From: a virus
Lineage: Duplodnaviria; Heunggongvirae; Uroviricota; Caudoviricetes
Virus record (IMG/VR): IMGVR_UViG_2706795421_000001
Span: 22,247 to 86,246 of that record
Length of the DNA stretch: 64,000 nucleotides
Direction: 5' to 3' (one strand)
Below, one piece after another: positions 7,705 to 15,990 of this stretch. The notes beneath the pieces were generated by a model. It did not search any database. It was given only the letters and a program-made list of their open reading frames with translations, and was not told the origin of the DNA. Within the stretch, counting starts at the first letter, position 1, and every line of letters begins with the position of its first letter. The translations under genes were made by a program, and so were the position numbers.

Positions 7705-8120
7705 TGGCTGACGAAAACCAGCCGACTCCCAAAGAGGACGTGGTGAAGAGTGTTGACAAGGCCGAGCGCCGGGCACTCTTCGTCGTCCTGGCTCCGGATG
7801 AGGTGGACCTTCACGGGGACATCTACTCCGCAGTCGAGGTGGAGAAGGCATGTATTCAGTTCAACCGGCACTGCATGAAGGCCAACCTGTTCCACGCCGT
7901 CGAGACCGAGGCCGCCCAGATCGAACAAAGCTTCATCAACCTGGCAGACTTCGAAACCGACGATGGACGGACCATCACCAAAGGAACGTGGTGCGCTTGG
8001 ATGCACTTCCCAGAAGGTGATGCCCTGGCAGATGACGTGTGGGCAGGAGTGCTGGATGGATCGTTCAACGGCGTCAGTATCGGCGCCCGAGCAACTGTAG
8101 AGGACCTCCCCGATGAGTGA
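7705..8120 (+). CDS. XkdF-like protein (putative prohead protease/peptidase S78-like N-domain)
   Basis: LFVVLAPDEVDLHGDIYSAVEVEKACIQF resembles the XkdF-family motif. Lies between portal and scaffold. Confidence 0.4.
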
Positions 8121-9000
8121 TCGAAAAGCCAAACGCCGGCTGACTGACATCTCTTTTGACCATGAAGGCGCTCATCTGGCGCTGGTTCATAAGGGACAAG
8201 GTGGCCCAGCGAATGGGTATACGACCCTGGTAACCAAGGCACTTGATGCGGGTGTCCCGCAAGATGTGCTGAAGGCCACCAAGGTCAAAGTGGAACTGGA
8301 GTTCCCGGAGTTCCTCCGGAAGTTCTTCGGTATGTACTACAGCGAGGCAGAAATGTTGTCTGCTGCCCTGGGGTACGGCACCACTGAAGGAAAAGATTGG
8401 CAGATGGACGGAGAGTCGTACCAAGAGTACATCGAACGCCGCGTAGGTGGCATCGAGATTCTCAAGTCGCTGTACAAGAGCGAGGACCCCGTTGCTGGCT
8501 TGAACAAGCTTGACGACGCGGCAATCGTCAGCATCGCGAAAGCTCGTGACCTGCTGGAACCCCATATGGCCACCGCTTCTGGGGCCGACCACACCAACAA
8601 AGAGGAAAGCCCTGTGAGTCAAGAACTCATCGACAAAGCTGTACAGGCAGCCGAAGCAAAGCTGCAAGATGAACTCAAGAAGCAAGCCGACCTGCTGAAG
8701 GCTGCTACCGAACAGATCGCCGCCATGGAAGCCATTCAAAAGGCTGCCAAGGTAGAAGCCCGCAAGGCCGCTGTAGCTGGTTCCGGTGCTGACGCTGAAG
8801 CTCAAGTTGAGCTGATGAAAGCCATGGAAAGCCTGAGCGACGAAAGCTTCGCTGTCGTTCTCAAGCACATCACCAAAGCAAAAGAAGTTCCGGCTGGTCT
8901 GGACCGTGAAGTCGGTCTGAGCGGTGCATCTGACGCTGAAAACGCTAGCCAGGTAGAGACCCTCAAGGCTCTGATGCTGGCCAAGTACACCAAGCAATAA
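8113..9000 (+). CDS. scaffolding-like protein (coiled-coil, Ala/Glu/Lys-rich)
   Basis: Start overlaps the upstream stop. C-terminal half is predicted coiled coil. Sits upstream of the capsid gene. Confidence 0.45.
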   Translation: MSDRKAKRRLTDISFDHEGAHLALVHKGQGGPANGYTTLVTKALDAGVPQDVLKATKVKVELEFPEFLRKFFGMYYSEAEMLSAALGYGTTEGKDWQMDGESYQEYIERRVGGIEILKSLYKSEDPVAGLNKLDDAAIVSIAKARDLLEPHMATASGADHTNKEESPVSQELIDKAVQAAEAKLQDELKKQADLLKAATEQIAAMEAIQKAAKVEARKAAVAGSGADAEAQVELMKAMESLSDESFAVVLKHITKAKEVPAGLDREVGLSGASDAENASQVETLKALMLAKYTKQ

Positions 9001-9016
9001 GGTATAGGAGCCCATC

Positions 9017-9391
9017 ATGCCCGTTATCGCTACCGACCATCAGCGCCTGAGCAACTGGCTCAAGTACGAATACGACCCGGCCTCCGGCGTAACCCGTGAA
9101 GTCAAGCCGAAAACCTGGCTGGACCCGGCTGTGAAAGAGACCGGCTCGGTTCTGGACGCTGACGGCAAGCTGGTCACCAAGGCCACCGCTGCCAACGCTG
9201 CCTACATCCTGATCGATTGCGAGCACCGCGCCGCCGCTGACCAGTTCACTCAGGTCCTGCTGCTGGCTAGTGGCTTCGCCAAGATCGCAGACGAAGGTGT
9301 CATCTTTGCGGACGACGTAGAAGCCGCCGACAAGACCGCCGCTTTCGAAGAACTGGCGAAGAAGAACATCTTCGCTGTCCACCAGGTATAA
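9017..9391 (+). CDS. hypothetical head protein (124 aa)
   Basis: GGAG RBS. Lies between scaffold and capsid genes. Confidence 0.45.
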   Translation: MPVIATDHQRLSNWLKYEYDPASGVTREVKPKTWLDPAVKETGSVLDADGKLVTKATAANAAYILIDCEHRAAADQFTQVLLLASGFAKIADEGVIFADDVEAADKTAAFEELAKKNIFAVHQV

Positions 9392-9401
9392 GGAAGGAAC
9401 C

Positions 9402-10457
9402 ATGCGACCGATTCCCTCGCTTCAGAACAACTTCGAATACACCGACCTGACCGAACCGATGATCCTGATCCCGAACGTTTGGGGTCTGACTCAACAGCTC
9501 GGCATCTTCGGTGTTGACCGCACCACCCAAGAGTCTGTGACTCTGGAAGAAATCACCAAGTCGTTCGGCCTGATGGAAGACATCCATCGTGGTGCTCGCC
9601 ACCAGGCTGGTCGTGACTATGATCGTCAAATGCGTACCTTCGCGGTCCCGCACTTCACCTACGACGATTATATCACTCCTCGGGACATCCAGGGCAAGCG
9701 TGCCTACGGCAAGCAAGAGCTGGAAACCCTGGACCAGGTTCGTATGCGCAAGCTGGAGCGTCTGCGTGGCACTCACGCCGCTACCATGGAGTTTGCTCGT
9801 ATGCACACCCTGGTTACCGGCAAGCCCTACACCCCCAACAACACCGTTGGCGGCGCTACCGGTTACGACTGGTACCAAGAGTTCGGCAAGACCCGTTTCG
9901 AAGTCAACTTCGAGCTGGATACCCCGACCACCAACATCCTGGAGAAGAGCGAGCTGGTTTACGCTCACATGCAGGACGAGGCCTACACTGGCGGCGTAGT
10001 TGGCGATGTTATCGCTATCTGCTCCCAGGAGTTCTTCGGTAAGCTGATCAGCCACCCGACCGTGGTTGAGGCGTACAAATACTACGCCAGCCAGCCGCAG
10101 ATTCTTCGTGAGCGTCTGCGTGCTCGTGGCTTCGATGCCCGTTACCGTGAATTCTACTTCGGCAACGTGCTGTACATCGAGTACCGTGGTGGCTTCCAAG
10201 GCCGTCCGGGTGGCGATAAGCGCCGTTACGTTCCGGCTGGTGAAGCAGTCTTCATCCCCGGCAGCGGCACCGAAGACCTGTTCAAGACCTTCTTCGCTCC
10301 GGCGAGCAAGTTCGAACACGTCAACACCCCCGGCGAAGAAAGCTACGCGTTCGAGTACGTGGACCCGAAAGGTGAGTTCCTGGAGATTAACTCCGAGACC
10401 AACTTCATCGACGTCCTGATGTACCCGCAACTGGTCGTGAAAGGCAAAGCGGCCTAA
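9402..10457 (+). CDS. major capsid protein
   Basis: 351 aa. AAGGAAGG RBS. A strong terminator follows, as for a highly expressed gene. Position is the typical head-module slot. Confidence 0.75.
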   Translation: MRPIPSLQNNFEYTDLTEPMILIPNVWGLTQQLGIFGVDRTTQESVTLEEITKSFGLMEDIHRGARHQAGRDYDRQMRTFAVPHFTYDDYITPRDIQGKRAYGKQELETLDQVRMRKLERLRGTHAATMEFARMHTLVTGKPYTPNNTVGGATGYDWYQEFGKTRFEVNFELDTPTTNILEKSELVYAHMQDEAYTGGVVGDVIAICSQEFFGKLISHPTVVEAYKYYASQPQILRERLRARGFDARYREFYFGNVLYIEYRGGFQGRPGGDKRRYVPAGEAVFIPGSGTEDLFKTFFAPASKFEHVNTPGEESYAFEYVDPKGEFLEINSETNFIDVLMYPQLVVKGKAA

Positions 10458-10458
10458 G

Positions 10459-10489
10459 AAAACGGGGGCCTTCGGGCCCCCTTTTTTGG
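10459..10489 (+). terminator. rho-independent terminator after capsid gene
   Basis: AAAACGGGGGCCTTCGGGCCCCCTTTTTTGG. Confidence 0.7.
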
Positions 10490-10510
10490 TCCCGAGAAAA
10501 GGAGTAGGAT

Positions 10511-10996
10511 ATGCCCTACACAGGCGATCCGAAGAACAATGTGGTCGATCAGCTCCGCCTGATGGTGGGAGATATCTGGGACGACATTGAAATCTTGACG
10601 GACGAAGATTACCAATACTTTATCGACATGTACAATGGCAACATTCGCCGGGCTTTCCTGGACGTTGTACGGTCAATCCTCTTCAAGCTGGCACGTTACG
10701 TCAGGGAACGGACTGGTGATATCGAGGTCTACGGCAGTGACTGGTGGAAAGCCTACCGGCAGACACTTCAGGACATTCTGAAAGACCCGAACCTGACAAC
10801 CGTGATTGCGCTGCCCTACGTGGGAGGCGTGTCTGCCAAAGACATGGCCATGAACAACGCCAACCCCGACAACGTGGCACGGAAGATTTTCATCGGATTC
10901 AACCGCGATTTGCGACTGTACGAGCAGCAAAACGTGGGGTACAACGATATGCCGAGAATCGGGAAGGCCCTAGATGCCCAGTCGAGTCTCTGCTGA
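10511..10996 (+). CDS. hypothetical head/neck protein (161 aa)
   Basis: AAGGAG RBS. Structural-module position. Confidence 0.5.
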   Translation: MPYTGDPKNNVVDQLRLMVGDIWDDIEILTDEDYQYFIDMYNGNIRRAFLDVVRSILFKLARYVRERTGDIEVYGSDWWKAYRQTLQDILKDPNLTTVIALPYVGGVSAKDMAMNNANPDNVARKIFIGFNRDLRLYEQQNVGYNDMPRIGKALDAQSSLC

Positions 10997-11441
10997 TTTT
11001 CGAAAGCTAGATGCTCTGATTGCCCGGATGGAAGCCTTGGATGGCATGGCACTAGAAGGGGGCTTCTTTCCCGAAGACCGGTATGGCCCAGAGAACGGTA
11101 ACCTACCAGTCGCCCAGGTAGCAGCCTACAACGTTTTCGGAACGGAAACGAACCCGGAACGCGACTTCATGACTCCCAGCTTCAGTGATTGGGCCACGGT
11201 GAACTACTACCGGAAAGCCATGAAGCAGGTGGTTGAAGCTACCATCCGAGATGGGCGGACCCAGAAGGGTCAGCTCAACAAGATGGGCCGCACCATGGTG
11301 GAGATTATCCAGGTCAACATTGACGACTTCCCAGGCCACAACAGCGCTCGTTGGGCCCAGGTGAAAGGCTTTGACGACCCTCTGACCCATACGGGCAAGA
11401 TGCAGGATAGCGTCAAGTACAAGATCGTGAGGAGGAAGTGA
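10974..11441 (+). CDS. hypothetical virion morphogenesis protein (155 aa)
   Basis: Overlaps the upstream gene by 23 nt. Structural-module position. Confidence 0.45.
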   Translation: MPSRVSADFRKLDALIARMEALDGMALEGGFFPEDRYGPENGNLPVAQVAAYNVFGTETNPERDFMTPSFSDWATVNYYRKAMKQVVEATIRDGRTQKGQLNKMGRTMVEIIQVNIDDFPGHNSARWAQVKGFDDPLTHTGKMQDSVKYKIVRRK

Positions 11442-11812
11442 TGCTCACGCCACCCATGCTAAGCACGCACTTCGTCAAGAACGAGGTGATTCGCCGGCCC
11501 AGGAAGCGCCTGGTCCGAGGACGGCCTGTTCAAGACCCTCCGGAGATTTACATTGTTGAGGGAAGCTTCCAGCCCGTACTGAAAAGCACGGACACGATGC
11601 AACTCCCGGAGGGTGAACGGACCAAGAAGGCCTTGAAGGTCTACACCAGGAACCACACCACCCTGCGAGAGGCCAATGAGGCTGAGGACGGTTGGGATGC
11701 TGACCAGTTCTGGTGGAAAGGCGAGTTGTACGAGGTTGTGAAGACAGCTTCCTACGACATGAGGGTCCTGGATCACGTCAAAGCCATGTGCGTTCGTGTG
11801 GAGGGAACCTGA
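11438..11812 (+). CDS. hypothetical neck/tail-completion protein (124 aa)
   Basis: Start overlaps the upstream stop (GTGATG). Confidence 0.5.
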   Translation: MMLTPPMLSTHFVKNEVIRRPRKRLVRGRPVQDPPEIYIVEGSFQPVLKSTDTMQLPEGERTKKALKVYTRNHTTLREANEAEDGWDADQFWWKGELYEVVKTASYDMRVLDHVKAMCVRVEGT

Positions 11813-12432
11813 TGGCCCTGACCATGGACGAGCTGAGGGCGAAGTACCCTGGCATAGAGGACATTTACACTCAGTTGGAAGATGCTCTCTACAACGTAGC
11901 CGAAGCTGCCCTGGGGGATTTCCCTTTGGTGCTCAGCTATTGTGATAACCAACAGACCCAGACGCCTGCATTGTATATCGAACCGATGGATATCAAAGCA
12001 GTATTCACCGAACAGGTTGCAGGCACTCTGGAGATTGACCCAACAGACCCCGAAAGGGCTGTGCAAGAGGTCACCAAGTGGTATACCCTTAAAGCCCGTT
12101 TTACAGGCCTGGGAAGTCCACACAACCACGCCATGGCAGCGGCAGCAGTCCAGCATTTGGAATTCTTCCTCAGCACTGAGGATGGTTACCAGGCTTTGGA
12201 ATCCAACGGGTTCTCAAAGAACGGTGCCAATCCCATTCGCCGGATCAGGGATCAACGTCCCAATGAGTTGTACCAGCACTTCCGGTACGATGTCCATTTG
12301 TCCTACGCCATAACACGGAAAGAAGAGGTGACCTGGATCGAAGCTTTGGAGCTGGACGCGGTTTACACCAACGCCGGACGAGAGCCTGACCACGTTATCA
12401 AGAACCACATCTCACTCAACGAGGGACCCTGA
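11812..12432 (+). CDS. hypothetical structural protein (206 aa)
   Basis: TGATG overlap with the upstream stop. The in-frame 11713 start would overlap the upstream gene. Confidence 0.5.
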   Translation: MALTMDELRAKYPGIEDIYTQLEDALYNVAEAALGDFPLVLSYCDNQQTQTPALYIEPMDIKAVFTEQVAGTLEIDPTDPERAVQEVTKWYTLKARFTGLGSPHNHAMAAAAVQHLEFFLSTEDGYQALESNGFSKNGANPIRRIRDQRPNELYQHFRYDVHLSYAITRKEEVTWIEALELDAVYTNAGREPDHVIKNHISLNEGP

Positions 12433-12434
12433 AG

Positions 12435-13757
12435 ATGACCCGTCTTACCGACATCATCCAGATCACCATTGATCGGCAAACGCAGCCGGTAGCAACTACT
12501 GCGTTCAACGTGCCGATGTTCCTGGCTACCCACTCGAACTTCTCCGAGCGGGCGCGGGAATACGCATCGACGGAAGCTGTCATGGCAGACTTCCCGGACA
12601 ACAGCGCTGTCATGCGGGCCGCCCGTATGGCCTTCTCTCAGAACCCGCGCCCCAACCGCCTGATTGTAGGTCGCCGGAACGTGCCAGGAGCTACCGTCTC
12701 CATCGTAGAAGTGGCGCCTCAGACCACCTACACCATGACCCTGAACGGCATCCCGGTAAGCTACATGTCGAAGCCTGCCCCGGTAAACGAAGACGATGAA
12801 CCAGCAGACACCGCAGTAACCATTTGCGCCGGCCTGGTAGCTACTTTCAACGTCAGCCCGGTTCAAGGTATCACCTTGACCGACAATACCGACGGTACCA
12901 TCACTGTCCGTAGCTCTGAGACTGCCTGGTCGCTGACTACCTCGGCAAACCTGTCGAAGTCGAACATGCCGTCCACCGAAGGCTGGGGCGCTGCTGTTCT
13001 GGCTGTAAGCGCTGCCAACAGCAAGTGGTACGGTGCTACCATCGAATCTCACGTTCCGGCAGATGTTCTGGAAGTGGCTGCTACCATCGAGTCGATGAGC
13101 GCGAAGAAAATCTTCGGTACCTCTACCGACTCCGTAGCAGTGAAGAACGCCACTGCTGGCAACATCCTGGAGACCCTGAACAAGGCTGGTTACCATCGTA
13201 CCTTCCTGCTCTGGAATGCCCGTGCTGACCAGGACTTCCCGGAGCTGGGCTGGATGTCGAGCCAACTGCAAGAGCAGCCGGGCAGCAACACCTGGAGCTT
13301 CAAAGGCATCGCTGGCGCTACCTACGATGAGCTGGACGACCAAGAGTCTGCCAACATCCACGACAACAAGGGTAACACCTACGAGTTCGTTGGGGACGCC
13401 AACAGCACCACGTTCGGCAGCATGGTATCTGGCGAGTGGATCGACACCATGGTAGGCATCGACTGGTTTGAAGCCCGCCTCCGGGAGCGCCTGTGGTTCC
13501 GTCAGCGGAACAGCAAGAAAATCCCGTACACCAAGCAGGGCACCACCATCCTCGAAACGGATGTTCGAGCACAGCTCCAAGAGGGCATTCGAGTCCAACT
13601 GTTCACCGACACCCCGGCCCCTCGGGTCCGTGTACGGGACGCAAACAGCATGTCTCCGAATGATCGGGCTCGCCGGTTCTATGACGGTATCGAGTTCGAA
13701 GCTCAGCTCGCTGGTGCCATCCACATCATCGGTATCCGTGGCGTAGTCACGGCTTAA
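12435..13757 (+). CDS. putative tail sheath protein (440 aa)
   Basis: Immediately upstream of the tube-like paralogs, chaperones and tape measure. Size fits a sheath. Confidence 0.5.
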   Translation: MTRLTDIIQITIDRQTQPVATTAFNVPMFLATHSNFSERAREYASTEAVMADFPDNSAVMRAARMAFSQNPRPNRLIVGRRNVPGATVSIVEVAPQTTYTMTLNGIPVSYMSKPAPVNEDDEPADTAVTICAGLVATFNVSPVQGITLTDNTDGTITVRSSETAWSLTTSANLSKSNMPSTEGWGAAVLAVSAANSKWYGATIESHVPADVLEVAATIESMSAKKIFGTSTDSVAVKNATAGNILETLNKAGYHRTFLLWNARADQDFPELGWMSSQLQEQPGSNTWSFKGIAGATYDELDDQESANIHDNKGNTYEFVGDANSTTFGSMVSGEWIDTMVGIDWFEARLRERLWFRQRNSKKIPYTKQGTTILETDVRAQLQEGIRVQLFTDTPAPRVRVRDANSMSPNDRARRFYDGIEFEAQLAGAIHIIGIRGVVTA

Positions 13758-13767
13758 GGAGTAGACA

Positions 13768-14289
13768 ATGGCAGGCCGTACTTCCACTTACGCCCCTAAC
13801 CAGGTTACTATCGTAATCAACCATGCGGCTTCGGGTATCAGCCACACCCTGACCGGCTTCAGCGAAGACAGCATTGTCTCCGTTGAACGCCTGGTGGACA
13901 CGTTCACCGAGTACGTTGGTGCTGATGACACTCACACCCGAGTGTTCAACGCCAACTCAGGTGCTCGGGCTACCGTCAGCCTGGCTCAGACCTCGGAGTC
14001 GAACGATGTCCTGACCTTCCTTCACGAGTTTGACCGTGAAGCAATGTCCGCAGACGGTATGTTCGAGATGCTGATCAAGGACAACTCGGGCCGCTCCCTG
14101 TACTTCTCGGACGAGGCGTACATCGCAGTGATCCCGCAGGGCGGTTTCAGCAACCAGATGAACACCCGTGATTGGGTCATCTCCATGACCAACACTACGT
14201 TCCAACATGGCGGCAACCAGAAGGTGAGCCCCGCTACCGCAGACACCCTCACGGCTCTTGGTGTAAACCTCGACGCCCGCTGGCTGTAA
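13768..14289 (+). CDS. tail tube-like protein, paralog 1 (173 aa)
   Basis: Shares TYAP..VTIxI and LAQTSESNDVL-type motifs with the next two ORFs. A terminator follows. Confidence 0.5.
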   Translation: MAGRTSTYAPNQVTIVINHAASGISHTLTGFSEDSIVSVERLVDTFTEYVGADDTHTRVFNANSGARATVSLAQTSESNDVLTFLHEFDREAMSADGMFEMLIKDNSGRSLYFSDEAYIAVIPQGGFSNQMNTRDWVISMTNTTFQHGGNQKVSPATADTLTALGVNLDARWL

Positions 14290-14299
14290 GCGACAACCT

Positions 14300-14327
14300 G
14301 GCCGCCCCTCGTGGGCGGCCTTTTTTG
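14300..14327 (+). terminator. rho-independent terminator
   Basis: GGCCGCCCCTCGTGGGCGGCCTTTTTTG. Confidence 0.6.
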
Positions 14328-14341
14328 TACCTGGAGGAAAT

Positions 14342-14845
14342 ATGAACACCTTGACTTACTCTCCAAGAGAGGTTACGATCATCATCGCCGGAGCCCATGA
14401 AGTCACGGGTTACGCGGAGGGGGAGTTCGTTACGATCCAGAAAGAGGTCCAGGCCACACAGACCCAGCGAGCTATGGACGGATCAGTAGCCCGCCTGTAC
14501 ACCAAGGACGATGGTTATCGGATGACCCTCACCCTGGCACAATCCTCCCCAACCAACGACTTCTTGGGTGCCGTCTACAACCTGGACGCAGCAACCCGCA
14601 AAGGCAAGTTCCCTCTGGTGGTGAAAGACACCCTGGGAAACACGAACTTCTTCGCGGGTACGGCTTGGATCGAGACACCCCCTACCGTAGGGTTCGGTGG
14701 CACTCTCCGCGAAAACGTGTGGCGATTCGCCTGCTATGACGCTACCCTCCGGATTGGCGGGAACAGCGATCTTACTGACTTCGAGAACTATCTGAGTCAG
14801 GGCGCCGCCATTCTTCCAATCCTTCGACAGTACGGACTTATCTGA
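14342..14845 (+). CDS. tail tube-like protein, paralog 2 (167 aa)
   Basis: Paralogous to 13768..14289 (LTYSPREVTIIIA, LAQSSPTNDFL). Confidence 0.5.
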   Translation: MNTLTYSPREVTIIIAGAHEVTGYAEGEFVTIQKEVQATQTQRAMDGSVARLYTKDDGYRMTLTLAQSSPTNDFLGAVYNLDAATRKGKFPLVVKDTLGNTNFFAGTAWIETPPTVGFGGTLRENVWRFACYDATLRIGGNSDLTDFENYLSQGAAILPILRQYGLI

Positions 14846-15348
14846 TGACAAAGCGTGTGTTGACTTACGCTCCCGAGGATGTTAGACTGATAATCTCGGA
14901 GTTCGAATGCGTGGGTGTAGTCTCGGTTGAGGTGGTCTGGGACATGGAAATTTACCGTAAAGTGGTAGGTATCCGTGGTCAGGTGACCCGAGTTAGAAAC
15001 CTCAACCAATCTGCACGCATGCGGGTAGAGCTTCTACAGACCTCGGACACAAACGATGTCTTGTTCGACATCCTGACCCAAGACCGCGTGAACCAGTCCG
15101 GCAGGCTAGACCTGGCGTTGGCTGACAACAACGGCGATACCATCATCTACACCAACAACGCCTGGATTTCAGGCCACCCCCCGACTCGGAGGAGCTTAGG
15201 GTTTGACAACCCTGTGTGGACGATTGAGATTGCCCGAGTGACTGACCGCGACCTGTCAGGATCGAACAACCCCCTGGACTTCTTCAGCTTCGACGGGCTG
15301 AAGACAGCAGCAGACAATGCAATCAACTCGGTCTTAGACCAATTCTAA
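14845..15348 (+). CDS. tail tube-like protein, paralog 3 (167 aa)
   Basis: Paralogous (LTYAPEDVRLIIS, LLQTSDTNDVL). ATGA overlap with the upstream stop. Confidence 0.5.
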   Translation: MTKRVLTYAPEDVRLIISEFECVGVVSVEVVWDMEIYRKVVGIRGQVTRVRNLNQSARMRVELLQTSDTNDVLFDILTQDRVNQSGRLDLALADNNGDTIIYTNNAWISGHPPTRRSLGFDNPVWTIEIARVTDRDLSGSNNPLDFFSFDGLKTAADNAINSVLDQF

Positions 15349-15361
15349 AAGGAGAGCCCAA

Positions 15362-15748
15362 ATGGCACGCAAGCAACATTCCATCGAAATCAATGGTGAC
15401 CGTTTCCTGATCACCTCTATGCCGGCTACCACCGGCCTGACTCATCTTAAGATGCTTACCAAACTCCTCGGCCCGGCCCTGGCAGAAGCCGGTGCAGGCT
15501 CGAAAGAGGGGGCTGGTTCCCTTGACATCGCTACCCTGGTGGGCAAGGTGATCACCCGTATCGACGAGGTTGAGGTGGAGAAGATGATCATCGGTATGAT
15601 GACCAGCGTTTCCAAGAACAACATGGAAATCAACTTCAACGAGGAATTCTCGGCTGACTTCGGCAAGCTGTTCCAACTGGTGACTGAGGTGGTCAAGCTG
15701 AACTTCGGCTCGGTTTTTCAGGCACTCGGTTTCGACGGTCAACAGTAA
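15362..15748 (+). CDS. tail assembly chaperone (G-like)
   Basis: 128 aa. Canonical position between tube and tape measure. Confidence 0.5.
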   Translation: MARKQHSIEINGDRFLITSMPATTGLTHLKMLTKLLGPALAEAGAGSKEGAGSLDIATLVGKVITRIDEVEVEKMIIGMMTSVSKNNMEINFNEEFSADFGKLFQLVTEVVKLNFGSVFQALGFDGQQ

Positions 15749-15990
15749 GCGGGGAAGGGGGTGACCAGATGGTTCACCCCCGCCTGAAGCGGCTCATGAA
15801 GGAGTTCCAGAAGGACTACGAGGTCTATCAGGTGCTGACCCACTCTCTGCGCCTGGCCAGTCTTCACGAGCTGCAAACTCTGTACGATACCGAGGATTTG
15901 TATGACCTCCTAGAGTACCAGGCAGCCCACGACGAGGCCGCAGACATCGCCCGAGAAATAGCCAAGCTGAGGCAACAAGATGGCAACTGA
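15688..15990 (+). CDS. possible -1 frameshift extension of the tail chaperone (GT-like product)
   Basis: The -1 frame is open from 15688 to 15990 and overlaps the chaperone's last 60 nt. A U-rich stretch GGTTTTTC lies at 15712-15719. The in-frame ATG at 15769 could instead start an independent 73-aa ORF. Confidence 0.3.
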   Translation, partial: GGQAELRLGFSGTRFRRSTVSGEGGDQMVHPRLKRLMKEFQKDYEVYQVLTHSLRLASLHELQTLYDTEDLYDLLEYQAAHDEAADIAREIAKLRQQDGN

